Shown: in pieces, positions 1-12,723 of the stretch
Position numbering within the stretch: the stretch's first letter is position 1
Layout: the number at the start of each line of letters is the position of its first letter
Source of the DNA: Yuukianura sp. NJ FZ-2021
Lineage: Eukaryota
Reading direction: 5' to 3'
Assembly: GCA_046563655.1 (NCBI GenBank)
Contig: CM102283.1
Span: forward strand, 9,176,001 to 9,240,000
DNA length: 64,000 nt
Notes under the pieces: generated by a model
The model's database searches: none
The model's input: only the letters and a program-made list of their open reading frames with translations
Told to the model about the DNA's origin: nothing
Translations under genes and position numbers: made by a program

Positions 1-3000
1 CCGTGCCAATTGAAAAGGAAAGTTTGTAACTTTGTGGTGAAGGATTAGCCAATGGAGTGTATACGTGTACAATGTGTGTATTTTTTACACGTACGTGTGT
101 ATTTTATACAGTTTACACACGGCGTGTATTTAGTAGCAAGAGAGCATCAACACCTTCCATCATCAACCGGTTTTTGTTTTTAGTGAAACTGAGAAATTTC
201 CAATCCAAAATCATTTTAACCTGCAGTGCAGCAGAGGAAAAGATTACGTGAAAAATTGAAATTTTTTGGTGGTGTCACGTTTAAACTTTAAAATTTTGAC
301 AAACGTAATTAAAGCTTTCTGATTTTTGATACAGAAAAACCCAAAACACATTGACAATGGGTGGTAAATTACTAATTTGTGACGCCTTGACTAACTTTTG
401 TTTTCATAATTTTTGTAATTTGGTGAAATTGTACATGAACTTTGTGGTTAAATTTTTTATGACTTGAGCAAAAACATGAATGAGTAAACAACGATGAGTG
501 TGCGTGAAGTGACACAGCACGGAAGAATTTAAAAACGTTTCCGCAATTGCTAATTAGTGTTAGGAAGAAGACATGTTTGAAAATCAAAACAACAAAAATT
601 TGATGTTTTGCAGAGAAGATGCACAATACATTGTAAATTTTGTGTTTTTAAACTACTTTCTAATCATGGAAGATCACCTTACTTTTTTATGAGTTAAGAA
701 ATTGAATGGAATTAATTAACCCAGTCGATTAATCAGTCGATTAACATTTATTTCCGAATGTGGCAATTTTCAAACCTTTGTTTCAACAAAAGTGACGATG
801 TTAAATTAACTATAAGACCAACAGTAGGGAAATTCTGAATTTTTTTTCACATTTTTTGAGCGTCTTTGAAATTTTGAAAGGTCCATTTTTTTTCAAAGTT
901 CCTTCTCTTTTCATTTTCTTTGTGTCGAGTTTGTGATGCTTAATCCTCCGGATGTGGGTGTGTCATAAATTTTCAATTGAATTCAAAACAGCATTTTGGA
1001 ACATTTTTTGAATTACGATATGTGATCGCTTTTAAGTTTTTGAAAAAAGAGCAAATGGTTTTTCTTTTCAAAAGTATCCTATTACATGACAAAAGTTTTA
1101 CTGTAGGAGCAAATTCAAATACTTTTTTAAATGCATTTCCGGTCTTTGAATTTCTTAATTACATTTTGAATTGCATTTTTGAAAAACTTAAGTATTTAAA
1201 ATTTCATTTTGAATTCAAAAAACATTTTTAGAACTTCATTACTTACACCTTTGTTCACATTGCTTAAGATTTGGATCGTTTGATCTTCTTTTCAATTACA
1301 GTGACCCCACCCCACCCCTTAAGGGCCCCTATTAGTTTGAATCTCGCTTCTTCATGGCCCGAGGGATCAAAAGTAAAGCAGTCGTTACCTTAGATAAACT
1401 AAAACTCAGTTTTTTGAATTTCCACTGCTGTGTTGTAAGATTTATGACCCGAGAGGACTTAAGGGCTCCTGACGGAAGACGTAAAAGTTGCTACAAAGAA
1501 GTAGCAGAGATGCTGAGGGACTTAAGGCCCCTTTGTGGTCCCTTTGATCCTGCAAGATGCAAGTCTGGTCCACATGTGTGTTAAGGGCCCCTCTCCCTGT
1601 GTTAAGGGCCCCCTCTCCGTGATCTGGGCCAACACCTGGCAAGCATGAATTCTTAGACAGTCGACAGGCAGATGTTCCTGGACACTCCGCTCGTGTTTGC
1701 AAGAAACTCGTTTTTTGAACAAAAAGATCCAAGGAGACCCTTAAGTACCCCTCAGCATCTTTCTTCTTGCTTTGAAGGCGTAAGACGAACGTCTTAACAA
1801 AGAAACCGAGAAGCTACCAAATTTGAAAAAACTTAAGGGTACAGAAGTTGATCACGGAGCGAGTGACTTAAAGATCAGAATTGATCCAAGGGCCAACTGT
1901 TTTGTAGTTGGGGGCCCTTAAGTATTAAGTCTAGACTTAAGGGAGTGACTCCTTTTGGAAGAAAATGAAGCGCAACAGCAGGCATGCGCACCAAGGTTAA
2001 GCATTTTCTAATTCCAAAGCCGTGATTGGTGGAACGTGTTTCGTATCAAAACGAAGGCTTGGTCACCCATGAAGGAAGACGTGCTCTTTTTTAAATCTGG
2101 TCGACAGATGCTGGGCTAAATGTAATGACTTTTTACGAAATAAGGGCCCTTAAGGGCTTTAGTCATGGCAACCTGTGAGATTGCGCAGTGTCCAATCTTA
2201 AGTTACGCATGAAGTTGAACAGCATGGAAACCACAGAAACTTGTAGAGAGTAGGCAATCGTTATTTGCAATTTTTATGAAAATTTTTGCCGGCATTTCTA
2301 CGTTTCAGTTTTCATTTCCAACAATTTTGAAAACACGGTGGGTGCTGGTCATAATTGTTTTAAAATGAAACGACGCAAGTCAAAAACTATCATTTACAGA
2401 ATTTGAAGAGGTCAGAGGTCGTGTTCATTAGTGTCAAGTTGTATGACAAGAAAAAATGAAGATTTCAAAAATGAAAATGCAGATTTTGACTTTGTGGGGT
2501 CATTTGTTTCAACTTGCCTCTAAAAACTTCTTCTTTTTTTTTGTTAAAAAAAAAGAAGTTTTGAAAACAAAGACATCCTGCTTCTTGTGGAAAAAACGCG
2601 AAAAAATTCAACAAGTTGAACAAAGATCATGACGAATAGCGATTTTTTTTTTAAATTATCTAAAGTTAAATTTTGTAAGAGTCTAACAGTTGTGTTTGAA
2701 TTGTGTTTAACAGTTTAGAAACATCGTCCACAACGTTTATAGTTCATTGTATTTTAATTTTTTGTTCAAATGGACCATTCTGAACAAAATGCTGTTCGTT
2801 TTTAGTTTTCTAAATCTCTGAAGCTTTTCTTTCGTTCCGGTTGACTAAGCTTTGAAAACTGAAAGGAAATGGGATGTATTGGAAGTGAATGGATGAGAGA
2901 TGACATGGAGCCCTTAGACGACAAACGATCCCTTAAATCCAAGGGCTTCTTTTTCGTTTTTCTTTTTCAAAAAGCGGGTACTTTTTTTGAAAATGTCCTT

Positions 3001-6000
3001 GAAGTTCAGCCATGTTACCACCGAGAAGCTTAAGATGCTCTTTCATCTTCATCCTCAAAGAAATCTCACATTTCAAACAATTTTTTGAAAAAGTCCAGAA
3101 ACGACAATAACAATTATTTGAAAACTTCATTTTCAGCGGTAAATTTTTGAAGTGCAGCGTCCCCACGTTTTCAAAATTCAAACAAGCGTCTCAAAAAGCA
3201 TCTCAAAGAGAAAATTCTTCAAAGTGTGAAATCCTATTTTGTCTTCCAGAAAAATGACCTTGGTCAACCACTCAAAATCCAATCTTAAAAACACGTTTGA
3301 AATTTTTAAAAATACGTGACGTCTGAAACTAAATTTTCATCTGTCAGCAAATCGGATTTGACATCTAGATTTGAAATTAAATTGCAAATTCGAAGTTCGG
3401 GCTCACTGAAGCAACAACCTGATATAAAGTTCATCATTCTAAATAGCTGAGAAACTTTTTTTTTCAGAGACTGTGATCCATATCAGATCACAAATTTCAA
3501 AAAACGCTTTCTCCCTAGCATTGTTTTTTGCTTAAGCGGTTGCGGTCATAACAATTTCCAATCGCTGATGATCTCTGCGATAAAAAGCTTAAATCTCCCT
3601 ACTTCTGCTTATGGATGCTTAAAAAATAGGGTTGTTTGAACATTTTCAAAAATTTAGCCTAATCACTTCAGCATAAAACCAAATTGATTAGGATATGCTC
3701 CGACTAATTTAGATTTTCGATATGTCACTTTCTCCGATAAGGCTGATTTTAAACGCTTTCAATTTGAATTTGGAGCGTCTGCATGACACTTGCCGCTCTT
3801 CTCAAATCCTAATTTCGAAATCATTAACTCCCTTTGTACTTTTAGTTTTTCAAAAAAAGTTAAGGGGTTGAGCATTTCCAGAAGGTCATGGGTCATTTTC
3901 TATTTCGGGACACTCGACACAGGAAGAAGGGCGGGAAAAATTAAGCGATTGAGGAAATTTCAATTTTTTCAAGGGCCCCCTCCAACCCTTCTCATTTCCC
4001 TTCTGTAATCAGTCATCCAAATCACAATTCTCATCATGTTAATCTGTCCACACAAATTCTAAACCACAGATTTCAAAATTTCGAAATTTCCAGAATTTCA
4101 GAAACCTCAAACTTCAAAAATGCTAACATACAATTTGGCTGGTTGTTTTTAGACAAATGCGTAAATTTTTAAATTTTGAATTTTCTGGTTTCCCTGAACT
4201 CCCTTTGCATTTGAGTCCTCATAAGGTCAGTGACCCGGCAAACCTCTTGCCAGTTGTTCGTAATTGAAATTTTGAATTTTTTTTTTTTTTGAAATTTTGA
4301 AATTGGCACTTGAACGTAACCCTTCCAGTGGTTGAAAAGTGGAGCTTCCTACTTAGAGTCTATTGTTTTTTAGAAACGCAACACATGGAGACAAAAGGAA
4401 GTTGACAAGTGGCTATAAATAACAAGTGCAAAACACACGAGTTGAATGCAGAAGTATCAAGTGCCTTTTTTCAATGTTTTTTGAAAGCGGTTTTTTTGAA
4501 TTTTTTGTTTGCGGTTGTTCAGAACAAAAGTTGAGCCCCTGGTTTTTGAAAGGGGTGATCTTTTACTTTCTATTTTTACACCCAGGGAAAACACTTTTGA
4601 ATTGAAATGTTGATTACCCTATGTGGACTCTATTCTGGAAGGGATACTTTCACCAAACTGTTTCAAAATCTCCCGCCAAAAATATTACTATTAAACAGCC
4701 GGAGAATTATCCTCTTTTGTTTGGATCAACCACACCGTGAAGCCACGGGGGAACAGAATCATGAATTCATGATCTCCTTTTCATAAAAACTGTTCATAAA
4801 AAATTTAGAATCAATTCCAGCTTCACCCCAACTCCCAAATGACTATCTAAAAATCTAACCGATTTTCGGATTTTTCGGATCAAAAAAGTTAAGCTTCAAA
4901 TGAATCCGATTATTCCCGTCTGGGAAGCCTAAGGTCCAGTTTATGCCTATTTTTATTTACCAACTCTACAAACTAAATCTGCCTAAATCTTCAATAAATT
5001 AAATTTCTTACATATCTAAAAAAACAAAATTGGCCAAAATTTTTGAAATTTTTTCTCTTTGAAATTGACCGGGGTCTAACTACGAATGAGATAGAGAGAA
5101 AGTGAAAGTGAAAGCTTTAAAATTTAAAATCTCTGTTATTTTGAGCTCCCGTGGTATGTTTTAAAAAAACTGAAGAACCAAAGTGTATTATTTTTGAATC
5201 AAATGAAAATTAACTGGTTAGAACACCCCAACTCCCAGTAGGCCCATTTTTGAAACTTCCCTCTCTTTTTGTGTTTATTGAATTAAGGCATTAGTTTCAA
5301 ACTCCCATGTTTCTGGGGATGGTCTTTTGGGATTTGCACCAAAAATTAACATGCTGGTTGAGTACAAACGCAAGCGGTCGTTCAAAATTAAATTTTAGTC
5401 CGGGTTTTGATTCAACCCAAATATAGCCCAAAGTGACGCAAACTTTTTCAAAAACCGTGTGAAACTTACTTTTCATGGACCTTGAACACCAACTGTTACT
5501 TTTTCTCAGGCCGCAATTTTTACTCTTTTTTTTGTATTGTTTAATTTGCAGTATGGCTAAAACTGAAGAATAGAAATAAAGTTCAACCTGCTCCTGTTGC
5601 CAAAAAAATTGCTTTGTTTTTCGAAAATTTATTCCTCGGCTACAAAGAATTTGCTTACTTGGCTCAACACTGACTCAAGAAACTCGAAATTTTGAAAATC
5701 TTGACAGTGTAAATTAAACATGAATTTTTCGTTTTCCTTTAGTACATGAGAACTTGTGCTATAAAAATGGTTCAAGATCAACATAAAGACGCTGGAGTAA
5801 TCAGTGTGTAAATATTTCAATCATCAAGTTCAACTTTCCAGTTCTTGTTTACTTTAAGTTTCTGATTACATTTTTGGTTTATTTGTAAGGGTCTGGGGTA
5901 CTTGAGACCTTGGGAGCCCTTGGAAGATCCACAAACTCAAGGGACAGATGTATTTTGGACATGTGGAAAGACATGTTCTGAGAAGCCAGCAGGCCTTAAG

Positions 6001-6335
6001 TTCTAAAAGTCCATATGGAAGCAGGTGATGAAGCAACTGGCGGAACCGTCTGCTCCCTGCATCATCTTTAACATGGGAGCCCTTAAGGGCCACCTAGGTC
6101 TCCAAATAGCACAACAGTTGGTTCAGCTCAAAACTTAAAAAATGCTGAGCATACTATGCTAAAAAATCACTAAAATCCTTGAACTCCAACAACATCACAC
6201 GGAATTTCAAAATTTTTTAAAATTCTCACAACTCCGGTCAAAAACTTTGAAAGATTTTCAGAAAAAGAAGGTAAAAAGTAAAAGTTAAGGAAAAGTGAAA
6301 ACTGGAATTTAAAATTTTTTAAAATTTTGACATAC

Positions 6336-6772
6336 CCGAACAAAATTGCAGCTCCAGCGATTGCTCCACCACACTGCGCCAGTACATACAGGATGCATCG
6401 AATTGTCGAAATTTGTGAAACTGCAGTCAGAGCCATCGTGAACGCTGGATTTAGATGAGCGCATGGAAAAACGCGATAGGTCAAGGCTCCATAGAGCAAC
6501 GCCGTTGCAAAAGCAATGCTTAAAAATGGCGGGAAGTGACCTGTCCACGGAATGGACACTCCGCAGACAAAGAAGACGTAACACAGTGACCCCAGACACT
6601 CCGCCACAACGCCTTTCCATAACTCAAGAGTTCGGATTTCCACGAGTGTACTCGGAAACGCTTTTCTTCCGGAAGAATCTTCATCTTCCGCAGATTTTGT
6701 TGCCTTTTTGGTCAATTCGACCAATTCTTCCATTTTGTTCTGGAGAGCCGTTAGCCTATTTTCGATCGACAT
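6336..6772 (-). CDS. bib: Aquaporin-family neurogenic protein big brain, first coding exon (rest not found in window)
   Basis: EIRTLELWKGVVAECL...AHLNPAFT...AQCGGAIAGAAILFG resembles the Bib N-terminal half with the first NPA box; GTATGT donor at 6335; no second-NPA exon recognised in 1-6335. Confidence 0.85.
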
Positions 6773-9700
6773 GGCTAATGTCTTTGTTCTAAATGTTCTA
6801 AAACTTGTTCTAAATTTTGTGAAACTTGTTTGAACAAGGGGTTACTACTGTTCTGGGAGTCGAAAGCCAATTGACCTGGATCTGCCTTCAACTGAAGTGT
6901 TTCTGGAAGGAAGAACAGATCGAGAGTGGGTCCAAGATCTGTCTAAAAACTTTTTTTTGAAAGATTTCTCCCTCTCTCTGCTTCTCTAAAAGTCCAACAG
7001 TTTGCCATTTCTGCTCCCCTTTTCAAATAAGAGTTTCAAAAAAAATCAATCCTCTTGGTAGCTGTTCTACCCCGAACTACATATAAGCAACAGAGTTTAA
7101 ACGAAAATTAGAAAAATAGAAACTAACACGAAAACGCTGTTGGTGTTTTAAATAAATACCGGTTATATTTTTTCGAAAATGTTTATGTAAATCTGTACAT
7201 GATGAAACAGATTGGTCGGAATGAACCCTTGTTAAGCTTCTGTAGACAAAATTATTAACTTCTGAAGCTGTACTTTTGTACAGTATTCCAAAATTTCAAA
7301 AAAAAAACGTCATAATTTTTATTGGTTTCCGATTTTTTTTTATGTTTTTAATACAAAGTTTTTAAAAGAGGAGAATATCAAAAATAGAATGCGCAGACTT
7401 TCGTCCACATCTGGACCACAGATTCTGAAAATATGGAAGTTCAACTTCAGAAAGCGTTACTTTTTTTAAGAATGTAAACTGGATTCTGAAAAACTAAAAC
7501 AAAAATGAGTTATGAGAGCTTAGATTTAAGAACAAGTAACAGTCTTTTTTAAAATTTAACTCCATAGATGCACCGGAAATGAGTGTCAGAAAGTAAAGTG
7601 ATCATATTCAGGTTTTGAGATGAGGCTATTTTTTAGTAATACAAATTTAAAATTTCTTTTCATTAAACTTTTTTTTGAAAGAAAAATCTGACAACTACGG
7701 TGGACGTTGACTGTAGTCTCCATCTGAAGTCTTTTTCGTAAGACAAGATTTTAAATCTTTCTAATGTCAACAATGGGGGCTAAAAAGGAAAAAGTAACAA
7801 TACAATAGTTACTTAACTCTTCTGCCAATAGATACCACTGTCTGTTCTCTAAAAATCGTCAAAAGTGAATTCAAAACAAATTCCAAATTTTATCAAAAAA
7901 ATATCTAATACGTGCACAATAATACGAAATGATATCTGTAAAGGTTGGTGTGCTGTGTTTTAATTCGAATTTCTCTTAAAAGTTTGTCTGGTAACAAGAC
8001 AAGGAGTAGAATTGTTACGTGTCCATGGACAGAACTAATTCTTTGACACAAAAACTTTTTTCTGTAACACAAAACACTTTTGTCCTACTAATTGACATTG
8101 AAAATTACATTTATCAGATACTTAAGAACTTGAATATCACTGTCATTGTCAAGAGTCACAAAAAGTTTCATTCAGGAAATTAACACTTAAGTAACGACTT
8201 CAACTTCGACTCAATTCCAGCATTGCTCCATTCCTAGTCAATTCAAAATTAATTAAAATTTTAAGTAACTTCACAAATGATCCCCACTTGAACAATAGTC
8301 AATTCTCCTACCAAAAAAAAATTTTTTGTGCAAATTGCAATCGTATCGAATCCGGAAATGAAGAAATTTTTCTCCACCAACAACCCTGTCCGCAAGAGAT
8401 TTCAACTTTTTCTGCGTTTCTTCGATTTTGACTTTAAGTTGCTCATAGAACAAAAATTTGACTCAGAAATGACAAATTCTTCAAAAATTGGACCAATTTA
8501 GGAGATTTTGAATTGCCAAAAAATTTGAAAAAGTTAGTTTTGAGTAAGTTTTGGGCTTAAGATTATGTTAAGTTGAGAATTTAAGTGCTAGGTTAGTTTT
8601 TGTATGGAACAATGGAAAGAAAGAATGGGTGGCAATTGTTGAGATCTGAACCTTACCTGAGCAGAGGCTGTTTCTTCTTCAGTCGTCTCTGACGCCTCAT
8701 CCTCAGTTCAAACCAAAGTGAACTTAAGCAGTAACTCATCGCAATAACAACAAAAACCACTGTTCAAACCCGCTTTTTAACTTTTTGAACAAGTTTTTTA
8801 AAAATTAAAAGCTATCAGCGTTAAAACAAATATGGGGACACCATTGTTCAGAAGTGCAGTGCATCAGCAGTGAATTTTCAACAAAACTAAAAACAAACTT
8901 GTGTTTGACCTCTGTGGTTTTAAAAAACTAAGATGTACGGACAATCTCATTTGAAACGGATACTTCCTAGAAGGGTAAACATAATTTAAAAAAAAACGTT
9001 GAAATTTTGAAAAATTTTGTCTCAAATCCAAGAAATAGTGCTGCTGTGTTTTTGAAATTTTGAAATACTAAAAGTTTTGAGCATTTTTAAAGCAGAAGGT
9101 GGTTGATGTCGTGCTTTATTTGTGTTTTGACTAAAAAAACAAAGCCTTCAACAGGTTTCAAGGGCGATTGTCCATGAAGATGCGAAGCATTTGAGCTCAT
9201 CATCTTTTTCATCCTTTTGATTTCATTGCCAAACACAAAGCGCAATCTGATAACCAAAATCTCGTTTTTGCAAGTCAACAAAAACTGGTTATCGTCTTTA
9301 CTTTGTTAATTGCGACTTACCTTCTACTCCTCTCGCAAATTGCTAAAAAATGATCAGCTCAATTCAACACCACGGAAAAGGTTTAAAAGATTTTCGCATG
9401 CAAAAACTATGCACGAACCATCTTAGGTTTTCACAAAATTTGATATTTTTTCTGGAAAAAATTTCATTTCACACCAAAATATAATTCTTTGGGAACACTT
9501 CAAAATTTGTAACACACTACGCCGAATACAAAAAAAATATTTGTTTGTGAAAACGTTTTTGAACTTTTGAAGTTTTAGCTTCTTTTATTTCTTTCATTTC
9601 ATTTTTTTCCAATCCGCTTTATTGTTAGTATCATTTTGATTTTTTTTTAAATTTTATACAACTTTGGTGTCATAAAATTTGAAGTTCCTTGTCATCACAA

Positions 9701-12700
9701 GTTCATTACTTTTGCAGTCAGTGGCACTTTTGCAAAAAATTTTTTTTCGAAAACCAAAGGAAGGGTGACGATAAACTTGAATTTTTTTTTATTTTGCAAT
9801 AGAGCTGGTAATTTCTGCCAAGCTTCGGTAGTAGAGGAAGACAAATTTCCATTAAATTCAAGTTTGATGCAAAAACTATCGTTTTCTCCTCCTTCAAGGA
9901 GATGATGACATCGAGCTTTTCTTTCCATTAATTTCCGTTTTTCATTCCTTTTGAGCCATACTGTACACACTTAAACATTGCAAATAATACTACAATAACG
10001 TTTGTGTTTTGTTGGGACACTGCGCCCAAGCGGGCACGACAAGCCAAAAATTTGAAAACTTGTGTTTGTCTTCCTTGCAAATTTTCTATTGTCTTCCCTT
10101 GTTTCACGGCTGTTGCACTTTTTTTCATTTTTTGCATAGCCAAAATATTTTTTTTGTGTAGCATATCAAAGTACTACAACTTCTGGAGTGGACACACCTT
10201 TTGTAAAACTCAAATTACAATGCAATCAGAGGCAATTTTCCTACTGCCACTCCAAAATTCCAAAGAGAAGGGTTGAAGGGGTCGTTGAACCCTTAAGACT
10301 TAAGGGGAGGAAGAACCGGTTGGCCTAAGGGCTCCTGGGCCCTTGGCTAACGATGCTTCCAAGGGCCTAGGACAGGGAACGCCAGGTTCAAGGCCAATTC
10401 AAATTTCAAAAAAATGGAACAAAAAAGAGAATTTCTTTTGTTCTTTTGTTAAAACTCATCTTCAGCCTATGAACAACATAATAGGGAACACATTGTACTT
10501 TTATATTCAGAAACACATGGAACACAGTGTACATTTTATTCTTGGAAGGCATAATGTGAAACACATTGTACATTATGTTAGAAATTGCTGTAACTAAAAC
10601 ATAAATTACTCCATATCTTAAGGGCCAAGGTTTTTTTCCAACAAAAAATTCTTTTATACTCGTTTTTTTTTTCGTTTTTTTTCTAAAAAGTGCTCGTCTT
10701 CGTCTTCATTTTTTTTTGTATTGTTTGTTATTGAAGCATTTCAGTTTCAATTATGACAATTACTCACGCTCTCGTGAACCATTTCCCATCACGATAAAAC
10801 CAAAAACATGCTAAAGTGGCATTTATTTTTTGAAAAATCAAGGAAACGAAGAAACAGAAACTGAAATTGACATAATTTGAACTTTTGTAAAAAGGAAACG
10901 GAGAATCCCTTTCCTTGTTTTTTGTGAATGTAACATTTAGAGTTAAGTTAAAGTGAATTTAAGTCATGCTTAATTTCCGGTGGTGGAACGGGGTGAGTGA
11001 AAGGTCAAGTTCACAACAGAAACTAAGAGGGTGCAGCCACCAATTTGGGGTCATCCTTCCGCTTAATTTATTAAACCAAAATATCCGCCTTTACAATCAG
11101 GAAGGGCAATTTTTGACGTTTTGATTACAGCAAAAACGGCAAAAAAAAGTAAATTGTTCTGTAATTGTGAAATTTTAGGGTTACGTTTTTAAATTTAAAA
11201 GAAAAATGCATAGTGAATTTAATATTTTTTTTATCTTTCTTTAAACGAGGAAGCCGTTTTGTTAAGTTAAATGTCGATTAACTCTAACGTTAATTTAAGT
11301 AATTGCTTAACAATTAGTGACTTTGGCCTTAGGGTGTCAATGGCCTCGGGGTCAAGGTCATCTGAAACCGTTTGTTTAGTAGAAAAAGCAGTTTTTAAAT
11401 TTTTTTGAAAATTGGATAATCCGTTTGGTTTGTATCTAAAAAAGAGGAGTGCAACAAATGAACTGCAGAAACTTTAACAAGATATTTAGAAAGAAAAAAT
11501 TTTTTTTTGTTAGTGGTTGTTAAAAACTGCTTTTGGTTTACTAAATTTTTGAGTGAACAGTAAGGAACGGAACGGGAAAAAATGAAAAGGCCGCGAGAGC
11601 AGAGTAGCGGTAAAAACTTAATTTAATTTTGCCAACGTTTCTGACGTTATGCTTCAATCATTTGAAATTTGGATGCGCATGTGTGCACGGAAGTGCAAAT
11701 TTTGAAATGCGGAAAGAATGACGCACACAATGCAAAACTTTTAAAAATTCCGTCCGAGTCAGTAAGTTAGTGTGGTCACCTGAATTCTAATTAGAAACTT
11801 CAGCCGCGAATCAGCGGAAAGATTCAAATCTGCACGTCTTCACGTTTTTCTTGTTCAGAAACAGTTACACACTTGAAAAACTTTCCATTGTTGGCCAAAG
11901 TCCAGTTATATAGTTACTGCCTGCACTTTTGAATAAACATAATGTTTTTCAAAATTTTGAAACTTACTATTTGAAAAGCATCGGTTTGACCTTTGCTTGA
12001 CCTTGAGAAGGTCAAATGGTTTCCCTGTTTCAAAAACTGCAGGAAGTTGGCACTTAATTTTTACTCACATCGTGTCTTGATCCTGTCAGGAAATTTCATC
12101 TACCCTATCATTTTCCAAAAATTTTAAATTTTCCAGAATTTTAATTTGGCAATTGCAAATAAGTTTGTGAATTTTAAAAATTGAGTCATGCTCGTGATTG
12201 TTTTGGAAATTGCGCAAGTGGAATGTTAAACTGTTTTCGAAGTCTATTGTTAGGCTAATCGATTTTCATTTGATCTGCTCTGCATGACTTCCTTCTTCGT
12301 GTGTATCATCTTCCAAGATTCAAAAGATTAACTGAAGTGTTTAATTAATTTTTGGTGTAGCTTGGAGGTGTGTTTGGTGCTAATTACAATTTGATTAAAA
12401 TTAATTAATGTACTTAAATTCTTAATTATTTTGATCCACAGTTTATACATAAAGAGAGCAGGATAAGTCAAACTTAAGCGTTGTACTAAAATGGAGCTTT
12501 TCATTTTCAAAAATTGTTAAAATTTACATTTAGTTTTGGATAGGTCAAATTTAATTTTATTAGTTAACGACTTTTGATCAATCACTTTCTCATATGAGTG
12601 AGTGTGAATCGACTGCCTTGTGCAAATAAAACAATTAGTATTGACTTTGACACGTATTAATTAGCCACTCAGCTCTTTAAGGTAAAAGTTGCAATTAAAA

Positions 12701-12710
12701 ATCATCTGCA

Positions 12711-12723
12711 AGGTCAAAGGTCA
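12711..12723 (+). promoter_or_regulatory. Perfect nuclear-receptor DR1 motif AGGTCAaAGGTCA
   Basis: Exact match; same 13-mer at 26146-26158 and 37624-37636. Function not shown. Confidence 0.35.

Noticed and set aside
57-6100. Short ORFs here and in 6.8-15.7 kb
   Set aside because: F/K/L/N-rich translations of AT-rich non-coding DNA with no recognisable domain.
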